DNA of 64,000 nucleotides from Campylobacter sp. VBCF_01 NA2 (GTDB lineage: Bacteria > Campylobacterota > Campylobacteria > Campylobacterales > Campylobacteraceae), in assembly GCF_027797205.1 (NCBI RefSeq), contig NZ_CP115607.1, positions 1,541,288 through 1,605,287 of the forward strand, given 5' to 3'. This document shows, one piece after another, positions 36,888 to 46,808 of this stretch. The translations under genes and the position numbers were made by a program. Each line of letters begins with the position of its first letter. Positions within the stretch are counted from its first letter, which is position 1. Under the pieces are notes generated by a model that saw only the letters and a list, made by a program, of their open reading frames with translations, made no database searches and was not told the origin of the DNA.

Positions 36888-37695
36888 AGAAAAACGATTT
36901 ATAAACATTGTCGAGTAGGAAGTATTTTTTATCAATCGTGCCCTTGTAAAACGGCTCAAAGGTCTCGTTATAGGCTTTTGTGAAAAATCCCTCTTTGCTC
37001 AGAGCGATGATTTGCTCGTTTAAAAATTCAAGCAAACTTGTGTTACCTTTTTGGATTGCGATTGATAGAAAAACGGTGTTGCCAAGGTTTGAGAGTTTGA
37101 CCTCCATTGTGGGGTCAAAAATCGGATAAGCATAGACAAAAAGGTTGTTATTGACATAGCCGTCAAGTTCGCCATTTTTGACTTTTTTATAGCAATCGAC
37201 GCTGTCGTTGCAATAAGTGATAGGAATCCCCTCTTTATTCAAAAATGCTTCGCCTGTGGTTTTAAGCAATGCGCCGATTTTTTTGCCTTTTAAATCCAAG
37301 ACAGACTTGATGTCGCTACCTTTTCTGGTGAGAAGACCCAAATTTACAGTAAAATACGGAGCCGTGAAGTCGGCTAAATGGGCGCGCTCTGGCGTTACAG
37401 ACACAGCGGCAACTATCATATCAGCTTTATTTTCTTGTAAAAGCGGAAAACGCACATCGTTGGTAACGCCCATGAGGCTTATGTGACCTTGTTTCTCGCC
37501 AAAAATCCTTTTTGCCAAAATTTCGGCAAGCTCGACCTCAAATCCCTCGAATTTACCATTGACAAGCTCGCCAAATGGCGGTTCAGCGTCATACACGCCG
37601 ATACGGATTTCACCTCGCGCTCTAATCTCATCGAGCGAATACGAAAATGCGCTTGTCGCAAGGACAGCCAATGCCAAAAGAAACTTTTTCATGGT
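36886..37695 (-). CDS. Amino-acid ABC transporter periplasmic substrate-binding protein (family 3, PEB1-like)
   Basis: Signal peptide MKKFLLALAVLATSAFS and an SBP_bac_3-type fold (GIDVELA/ASVTPERA-like motifs). The longer ORF to 37749 is probably an over-extension. Confidence 0.75.
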   Translation of the reverse strand, partial: TMKKFLLALAVLATSAFSYSLDEIRARGEIRIGVYDAEPPFGELVNGKFEGFEVELAEILAKRIFGEKQGHISLMGVTNDVRFPLLQENKADMIVAAVSVTPERAHLADFTAPYFTVNLGLLTRKGSDIKSVLDLKGKKIGALLKTTGEAFLNKEGIPITYCNDSVDCYKKVKNGELDGYVNNNLFVYAYPIFDPTMEVKLSNLGNTVFLSIAIQKGNTSLLEFLNEQIIALSKEGFFTKAYNETFEPFYKGTIDKKYFLLDNVYKSFF

Positions 37696-37757
37696 ATTTC
37701 CTTTTTGTAGTTTTGCGCAAATCTGCGCCTGGCAAATTGAAATTTGCAACTTTTGCG

Positions 37758-37765
37758 GGGGGGGA
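37758..37765 (-). repeat. Homopolymeric C8 tract (on coding strand) about 60 bp upstream of the substrate-binding-protein gene
   Basis: Plus strand gcGGGGGGGGattt. Lies in the leader/promoter region of the minus-strand SBP gene. Confidence 0.8.
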
Positions 37766-37916
37766 TTTACTCCTTTTTGATATTTTATCGCAAAGAGTAG
37801 CGAAAATTTAATTAAAATTTGATAATGTAGTTACAAATTTAATTTAAATTTTACAAAAATTCCAAAATTTAATAAAATTCAGTAAAATCACGGATTAAAT
37901 TTCACAAAGGCAGGTA

Positions 37917-38915
37917 ATGTTTTCATCGTTTTTCAAAAGTCCAAAATGGCGATTGTTGGCCTGGGGCGGACTAATTTTTATACTCGGTATTAATTTATTT
38001 CAAACCATTTTAAATGTCAAATTTAACGAGTGGTATAGGGCGTTTTACGATATGGGTGGCGAGATCGACAAGCACACGATTGATGAGTTTTATGAGGCTA
38101 TGCTTTTGTTTTTGTGGCTTGCGATGTGGTTTATAGCAGCGGCAGTTTCGGAGCGCTATATCACGCGCGTATGGGTGCTAAAATGGCGAGAGGCGATGAC
38201 ATTTTCATACATTGGCTTTTGGCGCAGGGTAGAGCGCGACATAGAGGGTAGCTCACAGCGTATCCAAGAAGATATTTATCGTTTCACCAAAACCCTCGAA
38301 GATGTCGGCATGCGAATTGTCTATGCCTTTATGACGCTATTTGCGTTTATTCCGATTTTATGGGGGCTTAGTAGCGGGATAAATTTGCCCTTTATCAAGG
38401 ATATTCCGGGCTCTCTTGTTTGGATTGCGCTAGCTGTGAGCGTGGGTGGGCTTGGCGTGTCGTGGTTCGTGGGACGCTACCTGCCACGCCTAGAATACAA
38501 CAACCAAAAAGTCGAAGCAGCCTTTCGAAAAGAGCTAGTTTTTGCCGAGGAGGACAAGGCGAATTACGGAAGCGAGGAGAAACTCATTTCGCTTTTTGAC
38601 AAGCTTAAATTTAACTACCACAAGCTATTTTTGCACTATTTGTATTTCGATACTTGGCTTCACACTTACTCGCAAATCCTTGTCATCGTGCCATATCTCA
38701 TCATGGGGCCAGGGCTTTTTACCAAGGTAATCACGCTTGGCGTGCTAATCCAAACGGCAAATGCCTTTAATAAAGTGCGCCAAAGTTTTAGCGTATTTAC
38801 GGAGAATTGGACGACGATAACCGAACTTCGCTCAATCCACATGAGGCTTAGCGAGTTTGAGAAAAACATAGGATATGATCCAAAACTAGCCTTACAGGCT
38901 GAATTTAGGGCGTAA
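37917..38915 (+). CDS. sbmA: SbmA/BacA-family inner-membrane peptide transporter
   Basis: Clear similarity to the E. coli SbmA pattern (MFSSFFKSPKW..., SQRIQEDIYRFTKTLE, NQKVEAAFRKELVFAEED, NWTTITELRSIHMRLSEFE). Confidence 0.8.
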   Translation: MFSSFFKSPKWRLLAWGGLIFILGINLFQTILNVKFNEWYRAFYDMGGEIDKHTIDEFYEAMLLFLWLAMWFIAAAVSERYITRVWVLKWREAMTFSYIGFWRRVERDIEGSSQRIQEDIYRFTKTLEDVGMRIVYAFMTLFAFIPILWGLSSGINLPFIKDIPGSLVWIALAVSVGGLGVSWFVGRYLPRLEYNNQKVEAAFRKELVFAEEDKANYGSEEKLISLFDKLKFNYHKLFLHYLYFDTWLHTYSQILVIVPYLIMGPGLFTKVITLGVLIQTANAFNKVRQSFSVFTENWTTITELRSIHMRLSEFEKNIGYDPKLALQAEFRA

Positions 38916-38916
38916 A

Positions 38917-40053
38917 ATGGCGAATATCAACGACTATCTTTTTTGGCGCGGGGATTTGAAATTTAGCGAGCGTAAATTTAACGAGCTAGACGCGCTTGTT
39001 TTGGCGAGATTTTCGTATTTGCCGTTTCATAAAATTTCACTTTGTAGTGGCGGAAATTTGGGTGAAATTTGCGAAAATTTGGCGAATTTAAGCGATGATG
39101 AGTTTTTGTGGGAGGGCGATAAAACACTCGCGCTAAATTTAGCCCAAAGCGCGCGTTTTGGGGATTTGCGCGTAAGCGATATAGAGCGAGATAACGACAA
39201 AGAGGCAATCAGGCAGTTTGGCGCGCTGTGTATTCATTTGGGCGTGGAAGAAATTTTTGTATCGTTTATCGGCACGGATAATTCGATTTTGGGCTGGCAA
39301 GAGGACTTTAACATGGCGTTTTTAAAAGAGCTTCTTTGCCAAATTTCAGGGCTTAAATATCTAGAAAAAATCGCGCAAAAATATCCGCATGCGCGCCTTA
39401 AAATCGGCGGACACTCAAAGGGCGGAAATGTGGCGATTTACTCGGCGCTTAGGGCAAATCCCGGCGTGCATGGTCGCATAATAAAGGTCTATAACTACGA
39501 TGGACCGGGGTTTTTGCCGGAATTTTACGAGCAAAATTTGAGTGGCGAAATTTTATCAAAAATCCAAACCTATATCCCAAATGAGAGCATTATCGGAAAT
39601 CTGCTAAGCCACAAAGAGAGCATAAAAATCGTGCAATCAAGCGCCAAACTTGTCTTTGCGCACGATATTTTTAGCTGGGAGGTGGGCAGGGGGGATTTTA
39701 TCTACGCCGAAAATCTTAGCAATTCGAGCAAGATTATTGATAAGACTTTGAGCGATTTTATGCAAAATACTACCGCCACTCAGCGCAAAATCGCAATCGA
39801 GGCGGTTTTTGAGCTATTTAATGCGACTAGCCTCGACACCTTCGCGCAAATCCCGCATAACCTGCCACTCGCGGTGCCTCAAATTTTGCAAAAATACAAA
39901 ACGGTTGCAAAAGATGATAAAAAAATGATAGCAAATATGCTTTTGCAAATCGTCTCTGCTTACCTCGAAAATCTCGCCAAGCACACGAACGATAAAATCA
40001 AGGATAAAAGGCAGTCTTATAAAGATAAATTCAAGGGAAAATGGCAAATTTAG
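38917..40053 (+). CDS. DUF2974 (Mbeg1-like) alpha/beta-hydrolase, lipase-like GHSKGG nucleophile motif
   Basis: GxSxG-type motif GGHSKGGNVA. Start is 2 nt after the sbmA stop. A bidirectional palindromic terminator follows. Confidence 0.6.
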   Translation: MANINDYLFWRGDLKFSERKFNELDALVLARFSYLPFHKISLCSGGNLGEICENLANLSDDEFLWEGDKTLALNLAQSARFGDLRVSDIERDNDKEAIRQFGALCIHLGVEEIFVSFIGTDNSILGWQEDFNMAFLKELLCQISGLKYLEKIAQKYPHARLKIGGHSKGGNVAIYSALRANPGVHGRIIKVYNYDGPGFLPEFYEQNLSGEILSKIQTYIPNESIIGNLLSHKESIKIVQSSAKLVFAHDIFSWEVGRGDFIYAENLSNSSKIIDKTLSDFMQNTTATQRKIAIEAVFELFNATSLDTFAQIPHNLPLAVPQILQKYKTVAKDDKKMIANMLLQIVSAYLENLAKHTNDKIKDKRQSYKDKFKGKWQI

Positions 40054-40056
40054 GCT

Positions 40057-40088
40057 AAATTTGGCGAAATTTTAAAATTTCGCCAAAA
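40057..40088. terminator. Bidirectional palindromic terminator between the DUF2974 gene (+) and nrdA (-)
   Basis: aaatttggcgaaattttaaaatttcgccaaa. Confidence 0.55.
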
Positions 40089-40106
40089 GGTAAATTTAAT
40101 TGTGCG

Positions 40107-42482
40107 TTATTGGCAACCTTCGCACTCGATACTTCTGTCTGCGACATCGGAGTTGAAATCATCTGTCGATGGACTTTCGCTCCTTAGATAATATGTCGAT
40201 TTAATGCCAAGCTCCCACGCAAGGGTATAAATGTCATTTAGCACCTTACCGCTAGCCTTATCAAGCGTGATAAAAATATTTAGGCTTTGACCTTGATCTA
40301 TCCATTTTTGGCGGATTGCACCTGCTTTTATAAGCAGCCTTTGATCTAGCTCGTATGCCGGAACATAGGCTTGCCAAGTATCGGGGCTTAGATTTGGCAC
40401 GACCACAGGAATCATACCGCTTAGGTTGTGTTCGAACCATTTTCGTTTATAAACAGGCTCGATAGTCTGCGTCGTGCCTACTAAAATCGAAATCGATGAA
40501 GTCGGCGCAATCGCCATTAAATAGCCGTTTCTCATGCCGTCTTTTTTGACTTTTGCGCGAAGTGCGTCCCAGTCGCAAGAGTTATCTTCAAAAAGCCCCC
40601 CACGACCGACCAGTTTTTTAGCATTTTCGTTTGCTAAATCGATTGGGAAAATTCCTTGCGACCATTTTGAGCCCTCAAATTCAGGGTATTTGCCCTTTTC
40701 AAGTGCTAAATTTGATGAAGCGTAAATGGCGTTGTAGCTTATGTTTTCCATGATTTTATCTATTGTTTCAAAATGCTCGTAACTACCCCAAATAATGCCC
40801 TTTTCTGCAAGCATTTGCGCTTCGCCCATTACGCCTAAGCCTATGGCGCGAGAGCGTAAATTCGTGCGTTTTACCTTTGCGTGTGGGTAAAAATTTAGCT
40901 CAATTACATTATCTAGCATTCGCACGGCTATCGGCACGACGCGTTTTATGTCTTCTTGGGTGTGAATTTTGCTTAAATTCAGACTTGCGAGATTACAAAC
41001 TGCCGTTGCGCCTTCATCTACGCCCTTTTCGACGATGAAAATGTCTTTGCCGCCAATTGTATCAAGTGCCGTGATTTTTTTGGCTTTTTTGGTGATTTTG
41101 CCATTTACGACGACTTCTTCATTTTCTTCGAAAAGCTCTTCGCTTCCGTCAGCGTAAATCACTTTTGTTTTGTAGTGATTTGGCTGTGTATTTTGGAAAA
41201 TTTCGGTGCATAAATTCGAGCTTCGAATTAGCCCTTTGTGCGAATTTGGATTAACCCTGTTTGCGTTATCTTTAAAGCACAAAAACGGCATTCCCGTCTC
41301 AAAATAGCTAGTTAGGATTTTTTTCCAAAGCTCTTTTGCTAGAACGGTTGATTTGCTGATATTTGGGTCGTTTTCGTAGGCGATATATTTTTGCTCAAAT
41401 TCTTCGCCCCATACATCGCACAAATCAGCCACATCGACAGGGTCAAAAAGCGTCCATTTTTCGTTATTTGCTAGGCGTTTCATAAACAAATCGTTTATCC
41501 ACAAAGCAGGGAAAATTTCATGCGCTCTGCGGCGTTCTTCGCCTGAGTTTTTACGCAAATCCAAAAAGTCGTTTATATCCATGTGCCACGGCTCGATATA
41601 CACGGCGATTGCGCCTTTTCTGGTGCCTAGTTGATCGACCGCAACGGCTATGTCGTTTGTGATTTTTAAGAAAGGTATTATGCCGCCTGCGGCGTTTTTG
41701 TGCCCGTCGATACTACCGCCCATGGCTCTAACTTTGCACCAGTCCCAGCCGATACCGCCACCGAATTTCGATAAAAGCGCCATTTCTTTGTAGCTATCAA
41801 AAATCCCTTCGATATTATCAGGCACAGAACCAACATAGCAAGAGCTTAGCTGGTGCCTTGTAGTTCTTGCATTTGAGAGTGTCGGAGTGGCTAACATGAC
41901 TTCAAATTTGCTTATTAAATCGTAGAATTTTTTCGCCCAACTTTGGCTATCTAGCTCATTTTGCGCCAAAAACATCGCAATCGCCATAAACATGTGCTGT
42001 GGAAGCTCAATCGGTTTTGCTTGCCTGTCTTTTATGAGATAGCGATCATAAAGCGTTTTAATGCCAAGATAGGTAAATTGCAAATCGCGCTCTGGCTTAA
42101 TGTAGGCGTCTAGGTCGTCTAAATCGTATTTTTCTTTTAGTCCTAGCATGATGCGACCCTCGCTCTCACCGCGCTCAAAGTAGGTTTGAAGCGATTGATA
42201 GCCGGTGAAGCCAGATACTTTGTGATACAAATCATAAAGGAAAAGTCGCGCTGCCACAAATGTCCAGTTTGGGCGGTCTATGTCGATTTTATCGACGGCG
42301 GTTTTGATAAGGGTTTGCTGAATTTCCTCTGTGGTAATCATATCGCGAAACTGAATTTTCGCATCGACTTCTAGCTCGCTAAGGCTGACATTTTCAAGCC
42401 CCGCTACCGCGTCCCCAGTGAATTTTTTGATTTTTGAAATATCGAGTTCTTCGGTTCTACCGTTGCGTTTAATTACTTTCAT
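40107..42482 (-). CDS. nrdA: Ribonucleoside-diphosphate reductase alpha subunit (class Ia)
   Basis: N-terminal ATP-cone (VIKRNGRTEELDISKI), catalytic Cys/Asn/Glu motifs and a C-terminal CxxC tail (CEGCQ). Confidence 0.9.
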   Translation of the reverse strand: MKVIKRNGRTEELDISKIKKFTGDAVAGLENVSLSELEVDAKIQFRDMITTEEIQQTLIKTAVDKIDIDRPNWTFVAARLFLYDLYHKVSGFTGYQSLQTYFERGESEGRIMLGLKEKYDLDDLDAYIKPERDLQFTYLGIKTLYDRYLIKDRQAKPIELPQHMFMAIAMFLAQNELDSQSWAKKFYDLISKFEVMLATPTLSNARTTRHQLSSCYVGSVPDNIEGIFDSYKEMALLSKFGGGIGWDWCKVRAMGGSIDGHKNAAGGIIPFLKITNDIAVAVDQLGTRKGAIAVYIEPWHMDINDFLDLRKNSGEERRRAHEIFPALWINDLFMKRLANNEKWTLFDPVDVADLCDVWGEEFEQKYIAYENDPNISKSTVLAKELWKKILTSYFETGMPFLCFKDNANRVNPNSHKGLIRSSNLCTEIFQNTQPNHYKTKVIYADGSEELFEENEEVVVNGKITKKAKKITALDTIGGKDIFIVEKGVDEGATAVCNLASLNLSKIHTQEDIKRVVPIAVRMLDNVIELNFYPHAKVKRTNLRSRAIGLGVMGEAQMLAEKGIIWGSYEHFETIDKIMENISYNAIYASSNLALEKGKYPEFEGSKWSQGIFPIDLANENAKKLVGRGGLFEDNSCDWDALRAKVKKDGMRNGYLMAIAPTSSISILVGTTQTIEPVYKRKWFEHNLSGMIPVVVPNLSPDTWQAYVPAYELDQRLLIKAGAIRQKWIDQGQSLNIFITLDKASGKVLNDIYTLAWELGIKSTYYLRSESPSTDDFNSDVADRSIECEGCQ

Positions 42483-42667
42483 TTTTGCGTCCGTTTCTAA
42501 GAAAAAATAATTGTGCGATTGTATCTTTTTAAAGCTTATGATTTAAGAAAATTTATCAAAATTTAGCTTTGGAGTTTTGCTAAATTTTTAGTTAAATTAT
42601 TATGGGAAAATTTGGGTGTTTTTTGATTTTATGACAGAAAATTTAGCCCAATATGGGCTAAATTTAT

Positions 42668-43996
42668 TTACCCAAACACCCTAGCGAAAATTTTATCCAC
42701 ATTTTTTGTGTAATAATTGTAATCAAAGCAAGATTTAATCTCATCTTCACTCAAAGCTTTTCTTAGGTCGTCGTCGGCGAGTAAATTTTGCAAATACAAA
42801 CTTTGTCCGTTTTCATCGATAGCTTTTTTGCCTTCTTGCAGGTCAGCCCAAACTTTCATCGCATTTCTTTGCACGATCTTATAGGCATCTTCGCGGCTCA
42901 AACCTTTTTTAGGAAGTTCCAAAAGCACCCTTTGAGAAAAAACTAGTCCGCCCGTTAAATTTAGATTTTTCATCATATTTTCAGGATAAACGACTAAATT
43001 TTCGATCAAATTTGCAAGGCGATTTAACATAAAATCAGCCGTCACAAAGCCATCAGGCAGTATAAATCTCTCAACCGAACTATGGCTAATATCTCTTTCG
43101 TGCCACAAAGCGACATTTTCCATAGCAGGTATCGCCATACTTCGCAAAACCCTGCAAAGCCCCGTTACATTTTCGCTAAGCACAGGATTTCGTTTGTGTG
43201 GCATAGCTGAGCTTCCTTTTTGTCCGGGAGCAAAATACTCTTCGCACTCATAAACTTCGGTTCTTTGGTAGTGGCGGATTGCCACGGCGATTTTCTCGCA
43301 GCTTGAAGCCAAAATCGCTAGTGCGTTCATCACTTGCGCGTAGCGATCTCTTTGTATGACTTGATTTGACGCCGGAGCTGGTTTTAAGCCTAGATTTTGG
43401 CAAACTAGCTCTTCAAGTTCTAATGGAGCGTGGGCGAAATTTCCCATTGCACCGCTGATTTGACCCACACTTATGACGCCATAAGCGTGTTTTATAAGCT
43501 CTAATGCGCGGTTAATTTCATCATGCCAAATCGCCAAAACTAAGCCAAAAGTTATCGGTTCGCCGTGAATTCCATGGCTTCTGCCGACCATAAGCGTATT
43601 TTTGTGTTTCATCGCTTGATTTTTGATTGCTGATTTTAGGGCTTCGATGTCAGCGATAATCAAATCCAAGCTATCTTTTATCTGCAACGCCACAGCCGTA
43701 TCGATACAATCGCTACTTGTCATACCATAATGCACAAATCTGCTCTCTTCGCCCAAGCTCTCGCTCACGCTGGTTAAAAACGCAATCACATCGTGCTTTG
43801 TCGTTTTTTCGATTTCGTCTATGCGTTCGACGCTAAATTTAGCGTTTTTGCAGATTTTTTCGCAATCATCATCCGGGATAAAGCCGAGCTTGTTCCACGC
43901 TTTAACTGCGGCGAGTTCGACTTTTAGCCAAGCGTCGTATTTGGCAAACTGCGTCCATTTGTCTTTCATAATTTTTCGTGCGTATCGCTCTACCAT
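42668..43996 (-). CDS. purB: Adenylosuccinate lyase
   Basis: Fumarate-lyase family signature (GSSAMPHKRNP) and PurB-typical N-terminus MVERYARKIM. Confidence 0.9.
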   Translation of the reverse strand: MVERYARKIMKDKWTQFAKYDAWLKVELAAVKAWNKLGFIPDDDCEKICKNAKFSVERIDEIEKTTKHDVIAFLTSVSESLGEESRFVHYGMTSSDCIDTAVALQIKDSLDLIIADIEALKSAIKNQAMKHKNTLMVGRSHGIHGEPITFGLVLAIWHDEINRALELIKHAYGVISVGQISGAMGNFAHAPLELEELVCQNLGLKPAPASNQVIQRDRYAQVMNALAILASSCEKIAVAIRHYQRTEVYECEEYFAPGQKGSSAMPHKRNPVLSENVTGLCRVLRSMAIPAMENVALWHERDISHSSVERFILPDGFVTADFMLNRLANLIENLVVYPENMMKNLNLTGGLVFSQRVLLELPKKGLSREDAYKIVQRNAMKVWADLQEGKKAIDENGQSLYLQNLLADDDLRKALSEDEIKSCFDYNYYTKNVDKIFARVFG

Positions 43997-44066
43997 TTTT
44001 GTGCCTTTATTTGAAATTTGATATAATCCAAAATTATATTAAAAAAGGGCTGAAAAGTTAGTTAAT

Positions 44067-44972
44067 ATGGCGTATGAGAAATTTAGTTTAGGCGAATTTA
44101 ACGGACGGCGAATTTTTGAGATTTTGCTGGGTTTGGGACACGATATGAAAGGCGCTCAAAGGCTGTGTGATAAGGGCAGGGTGCTGGACGGCTCTGGCGT
44201 GGTAATGGCAAAAAACAGCGTGGCAAATGGCGAAATATTTTTGATAGATTATAAATGTGAGCCAAAGGGAGTGCGCGCGATTTTTGAATGCGAAGAATTT
44301 GGGGTTTTTGATAAACCTAGCGGAGTGCTTTCTCACCCAAACGGCAGGCATTGCAAATATTCACTTTATGATGAAATTTGGTCGCTTTATGGTCGCTCTG
44401 CGGCGGTCGTGCATAGGCTCGATAAAGAGACAAGCGGCGTGATACTGGTCTCAAAAAATTTGGTTAGTTTAAATGCGTTAAAAATGCTTTTTGAAAATAG
44501 GGCGGTGAAAAAATCATATTTTGCTTTGGCGAGCGGGAGAGTGGAGCGAGAATTTGTAATCGATGAGCCAATAGGCGAGAGTTTGGAAACTGACGAAGTA
44601 ATGATTAAAATGCGAATTTGCGAAAACGGCAAAAAAGCGATAACTGAGATTTATCCGATAGAATATTTTAGCGAATTTAATGCGACTTTGATTCGAGCCG
44701 TGCCGCTGACGGGAAGACAGCACCAAATTCGTTTGCATTTGTTTCATGTGAAACACAAAATTTTAGGGGACCCGCTTTACGGCACAGACACGGCGACTTT
44801 TGAAGCGATTTTGGACGAGAAATTAAGCGTGAGTGAGCGGATAAATTTAACAGGCGCTTCTAGGCTTTGTCTGCATGCGGCAAATTTGAGTTTTGAATTT
44901 AACGGACAAATTTACGATATTCAAACGAAGGCTGATTTTAAAAGCGAGTTTTTGAAAGCGTTAAAATTTTGA
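44067..44972 (+). CDS. RluA-family pseudouridine synthase
   Basis: HRLDKETSGVILVSK catalytic Asp motif. No N-terminal S4 domain. Confidence 0.75.
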   Translation: MAYEKFSLGEFNGRRIFEILLGLGHDMKGAQRLCDKGRVLDGSGVVMAKNSVANGEIFLIDYKCEPKGVRAIFECEEFGVFDKPSGVLSHPNGRHCKYSLYDEIWSLYGRSAAVVHRLDKETSGVILVSKNLVSLNALKMLFENRAVKKSYFALASGRVEREFVIDEPIGESLETDEVMIKMRICENGKKAITEIYPIEYFSEFNATLIRAVPLTGRQHQIRLHLFHVKHKILGDPLYGTDTATFEAILDEKLSVSERINLTGASRLCLHAANLSFEFNGQIYDIQTKADFKSEFLKALKF

Positions 44973-45107
44973 AACAAAAGAGATATAAAAATATTGCTTC
45001 AATAAATTCTGTATTTATTACAAATTCCTAAATTTGATAAACTGATTGGTATTATGAAAAAACGGTAGCTAAACCAGCTAAAATTTGCAAATTTAAGCAA
45101 ATTTTAG

Positions 45108-45120
45108 GGGGGGGGGGGGT
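45108..45120 (+). repeat. Homopolymeric G13 tract immediately upstream of a TAGAAT -10-like hexamer (second copy of the same promoter architecture)
   Basis: Sequence tttaGGGGGGGGGGGGGtagaata. Lies 52 bp upstream of the ATG of the 45172 lipoprotein gene. Confidence 0.9.
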
Positions 45121-45171
45121 AGAATACGGAAATTGAATTGTGTCAAATAATTTTATTAAAAAGGATTTTCT

Positions 45172-45609
45172 ATGAAAAAATCATATTTTATTTATGGAGC
45201 AGTCTTATCTTTTGTTTTGGTTGGTTGTAATTATACTCCGCCACCGAAACACTCAGACATATATTTAAATGATGAAGCTAAAAGCGTTTTACTTAGCGAA
45301 GGAACTATGGTAAATTGTCGTGTATTAGGACAGGTTGAAGGTAAAGATGAAAGATATAAAGGAGAATATCCGCCTGCGATTTACACGCAACTTGATGAAA
45401 ATGCAAAAAATGATTTGAGAAACAATGCTTCTGTGTATAATAAACAAGATAGATTGATAAGCGTTAGAATTTTAAATAAAGAAATTCATTGCTTTGACCC
45501 AAGACTTGGCTGGACAAATTGCAGTAGCGCATATATGAAAGCATACCCTAATAGTGCAGTAAAATATGTAAAATATAAAGGTGAAATTTTAGATTGTGGT
45601 GAAAGATAA
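45172..45609 (+). CDS. Hypothetical lipoprotein (145 aa)
   Basis: Lipobox LVGCNY. RBS aaaaaggatttt. Lies downstream of a G13 tract. AT-rich. Confidence 0.55.
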   Translation: MKKSYFIYGAVLSFVLVGCNYTPPPKHSDIYLNDEAKSVLLSEGTMVNCRVLGQVEGKDERYKGEYPPAIYTQLDENAKNDLRNNASVYNKQDRLISVRILNKEIHCFDPRLGWTNCSSAYMKAYPNSAVKYVKYKGEILDCGER

Positions 45610-45737
45610 ATTTAAAAATTTGCGAATTTTTATTTTAGAATTCGCAAATTTACTCTTTTTTTTCATTTAAAACTACATAAAAAATTCCACAAATGCCGAT
45701 TATAGCGACGATTGCGATAAAAACTACTTCGATTATA

Positions 45738-46808
45738 TCAAGGGCGGTCATTTTTGCTTCTTTCTTTGAGTTGTCCGCACGCAGCACTTATGTCAAGCCC
45801 CTTGCTTTGGCGAATCGTGCAGGTTACGCCATGCGCACTGAGATAATCTTGGAATTTCACCATATTTTCGGTGCTTGGGCGCAGATACGGGCTTCCTTCG
45901 TGTGGGTTAAAATATATCAAATTCACCTTTGCTTTTATGCCGTGAAGTAGCTTCACAAGGGTTTTTGCGTCGTTTATGCTATCATTTACGCCGCCCATTA
46001 CGAGATACTCGAACATCACTCGTTTTCGCATATCTATGGGGAAATTTCGCACGGCGTCCATAACCGAAGCTATGTTGTAGGCTTTGTTTATCGGCATTAG
46101 CTTGGCACGAAGCTCATCGGTTACGGCGTGAAGCGAAATGGCAAGTAAAACGCCCAGATCCATTTCACCCAGCTTTTTTATCTGTGTAGCTAGACCGCTC
46201 GTGCTGATAGTCTGACGACGCGGAGCAATCGCTAAGCCGTCATTTTCTTTTAAAATTTGCACAGCTTTTGAGACATTTGCTAGGTTGTCAAGCGGTTCGC
46301 CCATACCCATATATACGACATTGACGCGTCTTTCGTAAGGGATTTGGTTTGCGATTTTTATGTATAAAATTTGCCCGATGATTTCACCTGCTGTGAGATT
46401 TCGCACAAATCCGCCTTTGGCAGTTAGGCAAAACGCACAGCCCATTTTGCAACCTACTTGCGAACTAACGCAGATTGTGTATCTTGCATGGCGTGAAATT
46501 TTGCCGTTTTCATCGGCGACTTCGTCTTTCATAGGAAGCAAAACGCTTTCTATGGTTTTGCCGTCTTTTAGCTCGAAAAGATATTTTTTGCTTCCGTCGA
46601 TACTCTCTTCGCATTTTGCGCATTTTACGGGGTCTAAATAGAAATTTTCGCTTAAATTTGCTCTTAATTCCTTTGGTAAATTTAGCATTTCATCGAAATT
46701 TTTAACACCTTTTTTGTAAATCCACTCGTAAATTTGCTTGGCTCTAAATTTTGGCGTTACAAGCTCGGATAGTTCATCAAGTGTGAAATCTAGGATATTT
46801 TTCAAATT
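45738..46808 (-). CDS. rlmN: 23S rRNA/tRNA adenine-C2 methyltransferase RlmN (radical SAM)
   Basis: CxxxCxxC radical-SAM motif (CKMGCAFC) and a downstream catalytic Cys. The six-frame ORF is over-extended at the N-terminus. A likely TTG start (LKNILDF...) is preceded by aaaaggaat. Confidence 0.8.
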   Translation of the reverse strand, partial: NLKNILDFTLDELSELVTPKFRAKQIYEWIYKKGVKNFDEMLNLPKELRANLSENFYLDPVKCAKCEESIDGSKKYLFELKDGKTIESVLLPMKDEVADENGKISRHARYTICVSSQVGCKMGCAFCLTAKGGFVRNLTAGEIIGQILYIKIANQIPYERRVNVVYMGMGEPLDNLANVSKAVQILKENDGLAIAPRRQTISTSGLATQIKKLGEMDLGVLLAISLHAVTDELRAKLMPINKAYNIASVMDAVRNFPIDMRKRVMFEYLVMGGVNDSINDAKTLVKLLHGIKAKVNLIYFNPHEGSPYLRPSTENMVKFQDYLSAHGVTCTIRQSKGLDISAACGQLKERSKNDRP

